Source: an uncultured archaeon (GTDB lineage: Archaea; Asgardarchaeota; Heimdallarchaeia; Heimdallarchaeales; Kariarchaeaceae). From it: DNA of 64,000 nt. The notes beneath the pieces are model-generated. The model did no database searches. It was not told where the DNA came from and saw only the letters and a list, made by a program, of their open reading frames with translations. A program made the position numbers and the translations under genes. The first letter of the stretch is position 1. The number at the start of each line of letters is the position of its first letter. The DNA is taken from NCBI GenBank assembly GCA_964645535.1, contig CAZYCQ010000011.1:1-64000 (forward strand), written 5' to 3'. Below, in pieces: positions 52,015 to 61,093 of this stretch.

Positions 52015-53019
52015 ATGGAAATACAAGATACCTTTTCCCAGTGCCTGACGACAATTGTGCAGAAATTTTCCCCTTCAACCACTCGATCTCAAATACTTGT
52101 GGAAACCGGTCATTGGTTGAGAATTTCTTTGGCATTGCAACTCCCTAGGCAAATAAATATTGGTCACCCTGCTGGAGAAAACTCTTGGGATATCCTTGGA
52201 ATTGTCAATACCGCATTTTCTGGAATGGGAATCAATTATGACCTTTTCATCGGTGAACGGCGATATAGTCGAGGACACAAAACCGCCGCGAATGCAAAAT
52301 ATCGGATTGACTGGGAACATGCTCACTTGATTTCCCACATTGAAGATCTTAAAAAGGCAATTGAAGGCATTGAAGACGAGTTGACCCTTGTAGCCCTGCC
52401 AGACGGAAGTTATAAGGTGGTCTCTGAAAGGAATGATGCACATGCCATTTCAAAAGATAAACTTCTGGAAAAAATGAATGATCTCATGGAAATGCCTTTA
52501 GGGCCAATATTGCTTCAGGTCAATTCAATTTCCCCTTCAAATCATTTGGATCTCCCTTGGAATGCCATATTGTATTGGGGATGGACCTTCGAACGTGGGG
52601 AGGAACCTACTGAAATAGAAGGAAACGGTGGTTTTTCAACCGTGTCTGGTTGGAAGGCTTATGCAAGGTGGATGCAATCCTATCTCTTTGATAACCGAAA
52701 AGCCATTCATCCATTCATTGAAACAATTCCTTATCTACTTCTGGACAGAAAGAAAACCTCCATTGAATATTGGGCATATCTTGCAGAAAAACATGAAATC
52801 GAGATGAGCGCAACAATAGCATCTCGCTTTCGTGAAATTGCTGAAGATTCCCTGCCTTTGATCCAAGATCTCATTGATGCATATGAAAGGCAGGCAGCTC
52901 ATCGGACAATTAGGGAAAAGGTCTCCGCTTGCTATTTCAATGATCAGAGAACACTTGAGGTATTTAATCTGAGTCGGAAACATTACAATGATCTTCAACA
53001 CAGAAAAAAGCCTTGGTAA
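52015..53019 (+). CDS. Hypothetical protein
   Basis: 334-aa ORF between rpl37e and hef; no confident family. Confidence 0.65.
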   Translation: MEIQDTFSQCLTTIVQKFSPSTTRSQILVETGHWLRISLALQLPRQINIGHPAGENSWDILGIVNTAFSGMGINYDLFIGERRYSRGHKTAANAKYRIDWEHAHLISHIEDLKKAIEGIEDELTLVALPDGSYKVVSERNDAHAISKDKLLEKMNDLMEMPLGPILLQVNSISPSNHLDLPWNAILYWGWTFERGEEPTEIEGNGGFSTVSGWKAYARWMQSYLFDNRKAIHPFIETIPYLLLDRKKTSIEYWAYLAEKHEIEMSATIASRFREIAEDSLPLIQDLIDAYERQAAHRTIREKVSACYFNDQRTLEVFNLSRKHYNDLQHRKKPW

Positions 53020-53050
53020 ATCACATAATCGGAATTTTTTAAGGTGGGTA

Positions 53051-55357
53051 ATGACTAGGGGAGGTAAGTTGCTTGGCTATTATAATGCACCAAACATCAA
53101 AAAGGACAAAATTGAAAACAGGATCTATCAGCAAATCCTCTTTGCTGCGGGTGCCCAAGAAAATTCGCTCATTGTTCTCCCCACTGGTCTAGGGAAAACC
53201 ATTGTTGTGGTCATGCTGATGGCATATTTTCTTGACAGGCATCCTGATAGCCAAGTTGTTTTCACCGCTCCCACCAAACCACTTGTCGATCAACATCGAA
53301 AAACAATATCTGACCTTTTGGACGTCTCTCCAGAAAGAATTGTTACTTTAAGCGGTGCAATTCCCCCTCAACTCAGAAAACAGTACTGGGAAAAGGGGCA
53401 AATCATTATCCTGACCCCGCAAGTTCTGAAAAATGATATCATTTCTGGAACATGTAACCTGAAAAAGATCAGTTTTCTCTGTATTGATGAAACCCATAGG
53501 TTAGTGGGAGATGATGCTAGCGTTATTGCTGTCGAACAATATCGGAAGCAAAACCCTAAAGGGAGGGTTGTCGGTATAACTGCTTCTCCCGGTCGAAAAG
53601 AAAAAATTAGGGAAATTGTGCGGAATTTGGGTGCCACTCGCATTGAATTCTTGGATGAAGATCATCCTGCAGTGAAACCTTTTGTCCACACAGTAAAGGA
53701 AGAATATGTCAAAGTTGATCTTCCAGAGGAATTTGATACCATTTTGACCATTTTGAAGGATTTGGTCGGGAAATTCCTGAAAAATCTCAAGGAAATGGGG
53801 CTTATCACATCGCATTCATTGCAAAAAAACAACAAAAAGGATCTGCTACAGCTCAATGCAATTATTGATCAAAAACGCCAAGAACTGGATGATGATTCCT
53901 ACTTTGCAGCTAAGGCAGCATATGGTCATACTATCCGCCTTCTTCATGCAATAGAAGTTCTTGAAACCCAAGGAATTCCTACATTGTACGCCTATCTGAA
54001 AAAACAAAAAGAAAGTGCAGAAATTTCCGGAAAACGGTCAATCAAGAAATTTTTTGCCCTGCCCGGCATGGATGAAGTTTGGGAAAAAACCGAGGATCTC
54101 TATTTGAGCGGCTATGTCCATCCTAAATTGGAAAAACTTAATGAAATCGTTAAAGAAGAACTTGAAAGAGAAGTTTCCAGTAGAATTCTTGTATTTTCCA
54201 ATTATAGGGATACTGTAAAGCAATTGACTGACCAACTGAACAAAATTGATGGTGTTGAAGCCCATTGGTTTGTTGGGCAGAAATCATCCAAAGAGGATCT
54301 CGGGTTGCGTCAAAAAGATCAAATCCGCATCTTAGAACAATTCAAACAAGGGTATTACAACGTCTTGGTCAGTACTTCTGTGGGTGAGGAAGGACTTGAT
54401 GTGGCCCAATGTGACCTTGTTGTGTTCTATGACGTTGTTCCTTCTGAAATTCGAGCAATTCAAAGGAGTGGACGAACAGGTCGCAAAAGAGAAGGAAAGG
54501 TCATAATTCTGGCAGCAAAAAACACTAGGGATGAAGGTTTTTACTGGGCATCTCGAGCAAAACGTAGTCAACTTAACGATGTGATTGCAGAGGTCAAAAA
54601 TGAACTTGAAGGTCAAAAACAGAAAAACCTTGATGATTTCTTTGACAGTTCGGATCCAGTAAAAGAGCCTGCAAAACTTGAATCTCCTCCTGATCCTCCA
54701 CGGGATCCAACCAAACCTACCGTTTATGTTGACAACCGTGAAAAGGGAAGTTCAATTGTTCGAGCATTGCTCAATCAGGAAATCAATATCATTCCACAAA
54801 CCCTTCCCATAGGAGATTATATTCTCTCAAACCGTGTTGCCATTGAGAGAAAAACCACTGAGGATTTTGCCAAAACCTTGATGAGACAGGATCTTTTCAC
54901 TCAGATATCTAAATTGAAGGATACATATGAACGTCCCTTACTCATTGTGGAGGGTGAAGACCTTTACACGCAATCGATTTCAAAAAACGCAGTCCAAGGG
55001 GCCATTTCCTCTATCATCATTGATTATCAGATACCGGTAATTTTCACCAAGAACCCTGATGAGACTGCAGAATACATCTACAGGATTGCTTACCGTGAAC
55101 AGATCCTAGAAAGACGCCCTGCAACCGTAAAGACCATGGTCAAACCTTCTTCCCTTGCAGAAGAGCAATTGCGGTTGGTTTCACAAATCCCTAAAATCAA
55201 CACGAAGATCGCCACAAATCTTCTAAGAGAATTTGGAACTATCCGGAACATATTCAATCAAGACCAAGATTCACTCCGAAAGGTCAAGGGAATTGGTCAA
55301 AAATTGGCAAATCATATCGATCTTCTTGTGAATACTCCTTTTGAAGAAAATGATTGA
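53051..55357 (+). CDS. hef: Hef (FANCM-like helicase + XPF/ERCC4 nuclease)
   Basis: LPTGLGKT, IDETHR, TASPG, EEGLD, QRSGRTGR; VDNRE, GDY, ERKT, VEG; HhH GIG. Start uncertain. Confidence 0.93.
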   Translation: MTRGGKLLGYYNAPNIKKDKIENRIYQQILFAAGAQENSLIVLPTGLGKTIVVVMLMAYFLDRHPDSQVVFTAPTKPLVDQHRKTISDLLDVSPERIVTLSGAIPPQLRKQYWEKGQIIILTPQVLKNDIISGTCNLKKISFLCIDETHRLVGDDASVIAVEQYRKQNPKGRVVGITASPGRKEKIREIVRNLGATRIEFLDEDHPAVKPFVHTVKEEYVKVDLPEEFDTILTILKDLVGKFLKNLKEMGLITSHSLQKNNKKDLLQLNAIIDQKRQELDDDSYFAAKAAYGHTIRLLHAIEVLETQGIPTLYAYLKKQKESAEISGKRSIKKFFALPGMDEVWEKTEDLYLSGYVHPKLEKLNEIVKEELEREVSSRILVFSNYRDTVKQLTDQLNKIDGVEAHWFVGQKSSKEDLGLRQKDQIRILEQFKQGYYNVLVSTSVGEEGLDVAQCDLVVFYDVVPSEIRAIQRSGRTGRKREGKVIILAAKNTRDEGFYWASRAKRSQLNDVIAEVKNELEGQKQKNLDDFFDSSDPVKEPAKLESPPDPPRDPTKPTVYVDNREKGSSIVRALLNQEINIIPQTLPIGDYILSNRVAIERKTTEDFAKTLMRQDLFTQISKLKDTYERPLLIVEGEDLYTQSISKNAVQGAISSIIIDYQIPVIFTKNPDETAEYIYRIAYREQILERRPATVKTMVKPSSLAEEQLRLVSQIPKINTKIATNLLREFGTIRNIFNQDQDSLRKVKGIGQKLANHIDLLVNTPFEEND

Positions 55358-55373
55358 AATTCAAAACTCTGTT

Positions 55374-55925
55374 TTAGATAATTTCTGCACCGTATTGGTC
55401 TATAAGAAATACAATTGTGTCTTCTGGTTTCAGAAATTGTTTCTGAGGGATCTTGGTTCTGCGGACACTCCTGTTCTTAACCCTGTATCCTGCACGTTCC
55501 ATTTGGACAATGACGTCAAATCCGAAGATTCCTACGTTGGGGTCATATTCAAGACCAGGGATATCGATATGCTCATTGATGCCAAAGCCAAAATTGCCTT
55601 GTCGATCAATGGAGCTCCTCTTGACTTTATATTCCTTGGTATGGAGCAATTTCATCAACAGCTCATAGGCCTTATCACCTCTAACGGTGACTTTTGCGCC
55701 TACCTCCTGTCCTTTTCTGATACCCCATTTACGCCATGTCTGCTTTGAATAGGTAGGCACTGGCTTCTGTCCTGTCAGTTCTTCCAAGACTCCCATTCCT
55801 CTGTTTAGAACCTCTCCTGCCCTGCCCAAGCTCATGTTGATTTTCACTGCCGCTATCCTGGGTCGGAGCATGGGTTGTTCTTCCCATTCTTTCTTCTTCT
55901 GCTCAACTAATTCTTCATACATCAT
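55374..55925 (-). CDS. rpl5: 50S ribosomal protein L5 (uL5)
   Basis: LTGQKP, GIRKG..GAKVTVRG, FGFGINEHIDIPG..YDP..GIFG. Confidence 0.97.
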   Translation of the reverse strand: MMYEELVEQKKKEWEEQPMLRPRIAAVKINMSLGRAGEVLNRGMGVLEELTGQKPVPTYSKQTWRKWGIRKGQEVGAKVTVRGDKAYELLMKLLHTKEYKVKRSSIDRQGNFGFGINEHIDIPGLEYDPNVGIFGFDVIVQMERAGYRVKNRSVRRTKIPQKQFLKPEDTIVFLIDQYGAEII

Positions 55926-55928
55926 TTA

Positions 55929-56666
55929 TCACCTCAGCAATGTAATCGCGGGTTCATCCTTTCCAACAACGAAGACGTATTCCAATGCAGTGGAAAAGTC
56001 ACCATTATCGGAAGAGAATGTAACTTCTGAGGCCTTGGGTCCAAACCGTTTGTTGATTGAAACGATATGACCCATCTTTCCTTGGTGATGACCCTCTGTC
56101 ACCATCGCGAAAACGTTTTCCTCCAATGGATAGATTTCTTTGATCTCCTGTGAGGGAACTTCAATCTTCAATGTACTTCCGCGTTTGATCTGTCCCACCC
56201 GTTCATCTTCACTGTTCAAAACAATGTTACGACCATCATGCAAGGAAATCTGTGTTTTTCCGCCTCTAATTGTTTTCTTTCCAGTCACTTTGCAGATCTT
56301 AACCTTTGCCTCTTCCTCTGAAATTTCAAAGGGTTTAAGCCTGCCTGAGATATGGTGCTGAATTCTGTAGTACTTTTCAAGCCCCTTCAAGTAAACAACA
56401 TCCATATGTCCGACTGGAAACTTTTCATTCGTACGTTCCTTGCCATCAACCAAAACCTTTCGGTTTGAAAGGATGTACTTGGCTTCCTTCCTATTTTCTG
56501 CAACTTTGAGGACATCACGCAACAGGATCAACAAGGGCATCGCGTATTCCTTTCGATGTGGCCCCGGATTCATCCTGATGATGAATTTTGATCCTTTCCT
56601 TGGCACTGGCCAAGTCTTGGGCATGGCTGGCCTCTTAAGATGTCTTTTTCCACCTGACTTGGTCAT
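55929..56666 (-). CDS. rps4e: 30S ribosomal protein S4e
   Basis: HLKR, PGPH, VDGKER..FPVG.MDV, LHDGRN. Confidence 0.97.
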   Translation of the reverse strand: MTKSGGKRHLKRPAMPKTWPVPRKGSKFIIRMNPGPHRKEYAMPLLILLRDVLKVAENRKEAKYILSNRKVLVDGKERTNEKFPVGHMDVVYLKGLEKYYRIQHHISGRLKPFEISEEEAKVKICKVTGKKTIRGGKTQISLHDGRNIVLNSEDERVGQIKRGSTLKIEVPSQEIKEIYPLEENVFAMVTEGHHQGKMGHIVSINKRFGPKASEVTFSSDNGDFSTALEYVFVVGKDEPAITLLR

Positions 56667-57208
56667 TCTTCATCCTCCTTTTCTTCTTCAGAGGCTTCAT
56701 CTTCTGCCTCTTCTCCGTTTTCTTCCATCTCCTCGGATTCTTCCACATATTCTTCTTCAAGATCCTCGAAGTCTTCATCTCCCATCTCAACGACTTCTTC
56801 CTCTTCCTCAATGGAATCGAAGTCAATCCTTGCCTCTTCCTTGACAGTTCTCCTGTTGATAAGACCGATCCTGAATCTATCCTTTGTCTTGTGGAACTTA
56901 ACAATCATGACATTGGAGGGGTGGATCTTTGCAGGAATCTCTGTGTTGTCATTCTTTTTCATGGTTGCCTTGTCAATCGTGATGTAATGCTTTTGGGGAT
57001 GTACACTTGTTACCTTTCCTTTGATGCCCTTGTAGTCTCCTCTAAGAATGACCACTTCGTCTTTTGGACGGACGGGCAGAGATCTGAACCCATGTTCTTT
57101 CCTGAGCTCCGGTGAAAGGTGTGCGGAAACCAATTTATGCTTCTCATGGAGCGGTACGTTCTTTTCGTACTTCCGTTGTTTTTTGGGTTTCTTGCTGATC
57201 GGTCTCAT
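56663..57208 (-). CDS. rpl24: 50S ribosomal protein L24 (uL24) with long acidic tail
   Basis: SKKPKKQRK, LSPELR..G.RSLPVR, RGDYKG, IHPSNV; ~45-aa Glu/Asp tail. Confidence 0.95.
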   Translation of the reverse strand: MRPISKKPKKQRKYEKNVPLHEKHKLVSAHLSPELRKEHGFRSLPVRPKDEVVILRGDYKGIKGKVTSVHPQKHYITIDKATMKKNDNTEIPAKIHPSNVMIVKFHKTKDRFRIGLINRRTVKEEARIDFDSIEEEEEVVEMGDEDFEDLEEEYVEESEEMEENGEEAEDEASEEEKEDEE

Positions 57209-57625
57209 TTATACCACCATACTTGCGATGCTGCCAACTCTTGGCCATCTGTTCACTGCTTCCCTTGCCACAGGTCCTTTCGCTTCTGTGCTTCTGGGGT
57301 CTCCTTGGGGATTGACTACAACCACTGCATTGTCTTCAAATCTTATGACTTCTCCGTTTTCACGGGTGTAAGGTCTTCTCTGCCTGACAACGATGCAGGG
57401 AACTATTGTTCTTCTCATATTGGGTGATCCCTTCTTGACTGATGCGATCACCATGTCTCCGACAGTTGCTCGAGGATACCTGTTCAACCGGCCTTTGTAA
57501 CCATGAACAGCAATGATCTGCACAATCTTTGCGCCTGAATTGTCGGCCACCTTGACTTTGCTCCCTACCTGCAATCCATTTGCAGATTTAACCCTTGGTG
57601 TACCTGCTGTTTTCCTCTTTGCCAT
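57209..57625 (-). CDS. rpl14: 50S ribosomal protein L14 (uL14)
   Basis: ADNSGAK, VGD, FEDNAVV, GPVAREA. Confidence 0.97.
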   Translation of the reverse strand: MAKRKTAGTPRVKSANGLQVGSKVKVADNSGAKIVQIIAVHGYKGRLNRYPRATVGDMVIASVKKGSPNMRRTIVPCIVVRQRRPYTRENGEVIRFEDNAVVVVNPQGDPRSTEAKGPVAREAVNRWPRVGSIASMVV

Positions 57626-57630
57626 TTATA

Positions 57631-57978
57631 TCACTCCTCAATTTCCTTTTTCTCAATGACCACAAAGGATTTACTCTTGCTCAACGGTCTGCATTCCATT
57701 GCACGGACAATGTCCCCTTCTTTGATATCCAAGCAATCTGGGACATGGGCGGAAATCACTCCTTTGCGTCTTTCGTACCTGTCGTACTTCTTTACTAAAT
57801 AAAGATAGTCTCTCCGAATTACCGCTGTCTTGTTCATCCTCGTTGAGACTACCTGTCCTTCAAAGATACGGCCTCTCAACCTAATTGTTCCATGAAATGG
57901 ACAATTTGGGTCTACTGGATCGCATCTTTTGTCGGGAACTTTGACATTGATGCCGATATTTCTAGTTGCGCTTGCCAT
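57631..57978 (-). CDS. rps17: 30S ribosomal protein S17 (uS17)
   Basis: DPNCPFHG, KYDRYERR, ECRPLSKSK. Confidence 0.97.
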   Translation of the reverse strand: MASATRNIGINVKVPDKRCDPVDPNCPFHGTIRLRGRIFEGQVVSTRMNKTAVIRRDYLYLVKKYDRYERRKGVISAHVPDCLDIKEGDIVRAMECRPLSKSKSFVVIEKKEIEE

Positions 57979-57999
57979 TATCGAACCTCATTGAAATTA

Positions 58000-58135
58000 T
58001 TGGTTTGCCCCGGCATCAGGATACCTTTTGTGTAAACGCAACAACCTTCTCTTCTGCTGATGGGGCACACAGCTCGGAACCTGACTTTCCGCAAACGGCT
58101 GCTGCATTATGTCAGGATGGTATCCAGATTCCTTT
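58000..58135 (-). ncRNA. Putative structured RNA (multi-helix, two pseudoknots): standalone ncRNA or ribosomal leader
   Basis: Six compatible helices in ~130 nt; G-U pairs favour the minus strand; upstream TATA box. See finding. Confidence 0.6.
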
Positions 58136-58158
58136 CTGTTTTCCTTATGGGATGCAAC

Positions 58159-58166
58159 TTTATAAA
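58159..58166 (-). promoter_or_regulatory. Putative internal TATA box upstream of the structured RNA / rps17 unit
   Basis: TTTATAAA preceded by a T-tract that could also terminate the upstream rps3-rpl29-rnp1 transcript. Confidence 0.5.
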
Positions 58167-58190
58167 AAAATAGATGGATGACGCGAGGGC

Positions 58191-58499
58191 TTACCATTTA
58201 GATAATTTTTGTTTTCTTCTCTGTTTTGGTGTTCCAATCAACCGTGTCCCTGGCAATGTTACCTTGCCATGCTTCATTTCAAATTGAAATCTTGCATTGG
58301 GTGCTTTCGGAACCAATCGGTATTCTCCATCATGGCATTTTACCATCAATGTTCCTCTTGTTTCACCCACAATATCAATCTCTCCCAAACTCATGATTGA
58401 ACTGTCTGGATGGAATATGACCTTGATTCTTCTTCCTTCCAACGACGTTGAAAGCAATGACTTGATTTCTGTTCGTAGATTGTCTTTTTTTCGAGGCAT
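58191..58499 (-). CDS. rnp1: Ribonuclease P protein component 1 (Rpp29)
   Basis: LEGRRIKV, IVGETRGTL, VPK, F.F, G..LIG.P..R; canonical position between rpl29 and rps17. Confidence 0.85.
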   Translation of the reverse strand: MPRKKDNLRTEIKSLLSTSLEGRRIKVIFHPDSSIMSLGEIDIVGETRGTLMVKCHDGEYRLVPKAPNARFQFEMKHGKVTLPGTRLIGTPKQRRKQKLSKW

Positions 58500-58501
58500 A
58501 T

Positions 58502-58699
58502 TTACTGTCCAAGTTCTCTTTTGATTGTGAGAATTCTTGCGATGTCTTTCTTAAGTAGCTTTACCTTACTTGGATTCTCTATTGAACCGCCTGATGCTAA
58601 CTGTGCACGGATATGTGCCAACTCGGCTCTTTTCTTTTCCAATTCACTGTCCAGTCTGTCTGGATTTTTTCTGAGGTTTTCCATTTCATTCCTTTTCAT
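58502..58699 (-). CDS. rpl29: 50S ribosomal protein L29 (uL29)
   Basis: ENPSKVKLLKKDIARILTI. Confidence 0.95.
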   Translation of the reverse strand: MKRNEMENLRKNPDRLDSELEKKRAELAHIRAQLASGGSIENPSKVKLLKKDIARILTIKRELGQ

Positions 58700-58705
58700 G
58701 TTGAA

Positions 58706-59485
58706 TCACTCCAATTCAAGTTCTTCCTCTTCATCCTCAACAGGTTCTGATGCTTCTGGAGGTAACTCTTCTCCCAACAGATCCTCTTCAATTTGCGGTT
58801 CCTCTGTCATTTCCTCCTCAAAGGGCGATACTTCTTCTGACCAAATGTCTTCTTCATCTGTCGGAATGTCGCGGGTAGTATGTGTAGGTTCTGCTACAAT
58901 ATTGACTTGGTCTGGAAGCATGGCCTCAGGAACCATGACCAAAACAGTTACTCCAAGGACTCCTCTCTTGATTTTGGCAACTGCCCTGCCAATGCGAACA
59001 AACTTCCTTTTTGGATCTCCTGTCTTGGCAATGAACCCATCCCTGAATTTTTCTGTTCTGGCACGCTGGGAGGTGACTTTCCCGGAAACAATGATCTCAA
59101 CTCCTTTTGCACCCTTGGCCATCATTCGCCTTACCGTTCCATATGCGGTTCTTCTGAAATGACGACCCCTTTCAAGGGCATTGGCCAATCTTGCAGCCAT
59201 CACTGAAGGATTCAATTCTGGATCCTCAAGCTGTTCGACCTCAATCTGGACATTGTCTGTCTTGAGGATATCCTTCACCTCGCGTGAAAGCTTCTTGATC
59301 GTTCTCCCTTTTTTACCTATGGCGTAGCCAACCCTTCCGACCTTCAAGGTCACTCTTGTGCTCCCTCCAGAATGGGTATATTTCATTCCACCATATTCCG
59401 CTTGCTCTAACTCCTTCTTGAAATATTCCTCCAGAAGGATTTGTGTGACTTTATCTTCCGTGAATTTTTTGACACTGTTTGGCAG
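58706..59485 (-). CDS. rps3: 30S ribosomal protein S3 (uS3), apparent CTG start
   Basis: IGKKGRTI KH motif, GAKGVEIIVSGK. The conserved N-terminus (KKFTED...EEYFKKELEQAEYGG) extends to CTG 59485, directly after an in-frame TAA. Acidic tail. Confidence 0.93.
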   Translation of the reverse strand: MPNSVKKFTEDKVTQILLEEYFKKELEQAEYGGMKYTHSGGSTRVTLKVGRVGYAIGKKGRTIKKLSREVKDILKTDNVQIEVEQLEDPELNPSVMAARLANALERGRHFRRTAYGTVRRMMAKGAKGVEIIVSGKVTSQRARTEKFRDGFIAKTGDPKRKFVRIGRAVAKIKRGVLGVTVLVMVPEAMLPDQVNIVAEPTHTTRDIPTDEEDIWSEEVSPFEEEMTEEPQIEEDLLGEELPPEASEPVEDEEEELELE

Positions 59486-59649
59486 TTAGCATCAATCCTC
59501 GCTAATTTCTTTACTTCCATGTGAACTTCTCTTATTAAAAGAATTAAGATGGTGTGCGCGGGACTCTGACACACGCACTCTGTTTGAAATAACTTTTAAT
59601 CCACTCCCCGTTACGACTTTATATACGTAACTTTCATATTTCATCTGAG

Positions 59650-60210
59650 ATGGTAACGGCATATCCCCCACAACAGATTCATAAATTTGCCTTCTTCAAT
59701 GGACAAGAACTCCAATTTTTCACTGAATACAACACAGGCATGGCAGTTTTTGCCATGTCCGATCTTGGACCCGAAGTTCTCTTCCAAGATATCTCTGCTC
59801 TTGGATTAGTTCCTGATCTTTCTCAGGACAAAATTCACGAACACTTGCTGAGAACATCCATTAACTCAATTGTCACTCTAGGACAGGGACACGATTACAA
59901 TGTGGGGGTTTTTGATCTTCCTACAACCCTGATCTCTGGTTTCAGAATTATGCTCATCTCATTTAGACTTTCCAACCCAGTTGCCAAAGATCCTCGCCTT
60001 AAGAAAGGTTACTATCAAATTGCCTTGTTTGTCCCCAAAACTCTCTTGCAATTCCTTCCTGCATATGTCTTCTTTGAGAAGGAATTGGTAGACTTAACAA
60101 CTTCTCTGACATCCAGTGGTCAATTCCATGCAAAAAAGTTCAAACTCCTGAAAACAGAGATTCTCCGAACCCTGAATTCTTACTGCCGAAGCCCAGAATC
60201 AATTTACTAA
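59650..60210 (+). CDS. Longin/uDENN-like domain protein (putative eukaryotic-signature family)
   Basis: FAMSDLGPEVL, LGQG..Y..G...LP, SFRLSNPVAKDPRLKKGYYQIALF pattern. Confidence 0.5.
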   Translation: MVTAYPPQQIHKFAFFNGQELQFFTEYNTGMAVFAMSDLGPEVLFQDISALGLVPDLSQDKIHEHLLRTSINSIVTLGQGHDYNVGVFDLPTTLISGFRIMLISFRLSNPVAKDPRLKKGYYQIALFVPKTLLQFLPAYVFFEKELVDLTTSLTSSGQFHAKKFKLLKTEILRTLNSYCRSPESIY

Positions 60211-60741
60211 ATCTTTCTCAATCACATATTGAATGACGACATTGACCAAATCGAAAACTTCATCCTCGCTTAGCCTATCTGTATTGAAAATGACATCATA
60301 GACTGACATATCATCTATATCTATATTATACAGGATTCTAAACCGTTCACGTTCGGCCTCTTCCCTGATGATGGTCTCGTTTCTTGCCTTTTCCAATGAC
60401 ATTCCCTCCCGCTTTGCGATCCTCTCCCATCTTACCTGAGGAGATGCTGTAATGCAAATGCGAATATCCGCATGAGGTGCCTTATAGGCAGCAAGCTGTG
60501 CATCAACCACAGTATTGTCCTGTTTGGCAAGTTCTTCCGTTCGCCGGTCAATCTCCAAATCATAATTTGAATTCTTGGCAGCTATAAGGGAAAATTCCTC
60601 CAATGAAATTCCCATGTCCTTGGCCATTTGACGAAAGACCTGTCCCGCAGAAACGTAATTCATGCCGAATTTCTCTGCGATTTTCTTGGCAACAGATGAT
60701 TTTCCAGACCCATGTGGGCCTCCAATTGCAATTATGGCCAA
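60199..60741 (-). CDS. cmk: Cytidylate kinase (archaeal type)
   Basis: GGPHGSGKS, SAGQVFR, EID, RIAKREG, YD...NT. Confidence 0.93.
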   Translation of the reverse strand: MAIIAIGGPHGSGKSSVAKKIAEKFGMNYVSAGQVFRQMAKDMGISLEEFSLIAAKNSNYDLEIDRRTEELAKQDNTVVDAQLAAYKAPHADIRICITASPQVRWERIAKREGMSLEKARNETIIREEAERERFRILYNIDIDDMSVYDVIFNTDRLSEDEVFDLVNVVIQYVIEKDLVN

Positions 60742-60763
60742 TCAGTTCACCCATTGCAGTTTC

Positions 60764-61024
60764 TTACTGTCTTGCCATTAGTTTGAATTTTCTTCGGGTG
60801 CAGGGTGAACAAAGCTGGCCTCCGTAAGGTCTTTCCGGTCTTCTCTGGGTCTTGGAAAGTCTTCGGATCTCTACGCGTGTGCCTCGAGGCATGCCGAGCA
60901 AGGGTTTCTTGCATTCCGCACATTTGTGTGCACTGGGTTTCTTCCGAATGCTTCTCCAGACATACCTTCCAGAAATTGTCTTGTACAGCTTTCTTTTGCC
61001 TGAACGAATTGATGGTCTTACCAT
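60764..61024 (-). CDS. rpl34e: 50S ribosomal protein L34e
   Basis: KCAECKKPL.G, SKTQRRPERPYGGQLCSPC. Confidence 0.96.
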   Translation of the reverse strand: MVRPSIRSGKRKLYKTISGRYVWRSIRKKPSAHKCAECKKPLLGMPRGTRVEIRRLSKTQRRPERPYGGQLCSPCTRRKFKLMARQ

Positions 61025-61093
61025 TTCTACTATCTCCTTACCTCTGATGAGACTTGTTGATATTTATACGATTAGGTAGATTCCCGCGTTAAC

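Noticed and set aside
52015-53019. BtrH/papain-like assignment
   Set aside because: Resemblance is vague and catalytic residues could not be identified.
45132-55357. Inteins in NrdJ or Hef (also checked Lhr and the visible DP2 part)
   Set aside because: Motif spacing is normal; no intein termini or LAGLIDADG blocks were seen.
58000-58135. RNase P (GGAAAGTC), SRP (GTCAGG..AGCAG), group I or twister identity for the structured RNA
   Set aside because: Only isolated words match; the required partner helices and spacings are missing.
57997-58197. 66-aa ORF as SUI1 or another protein
   Set aside because: No SUI1 motifs; it overlaps a TATA box and dense RNA helices.
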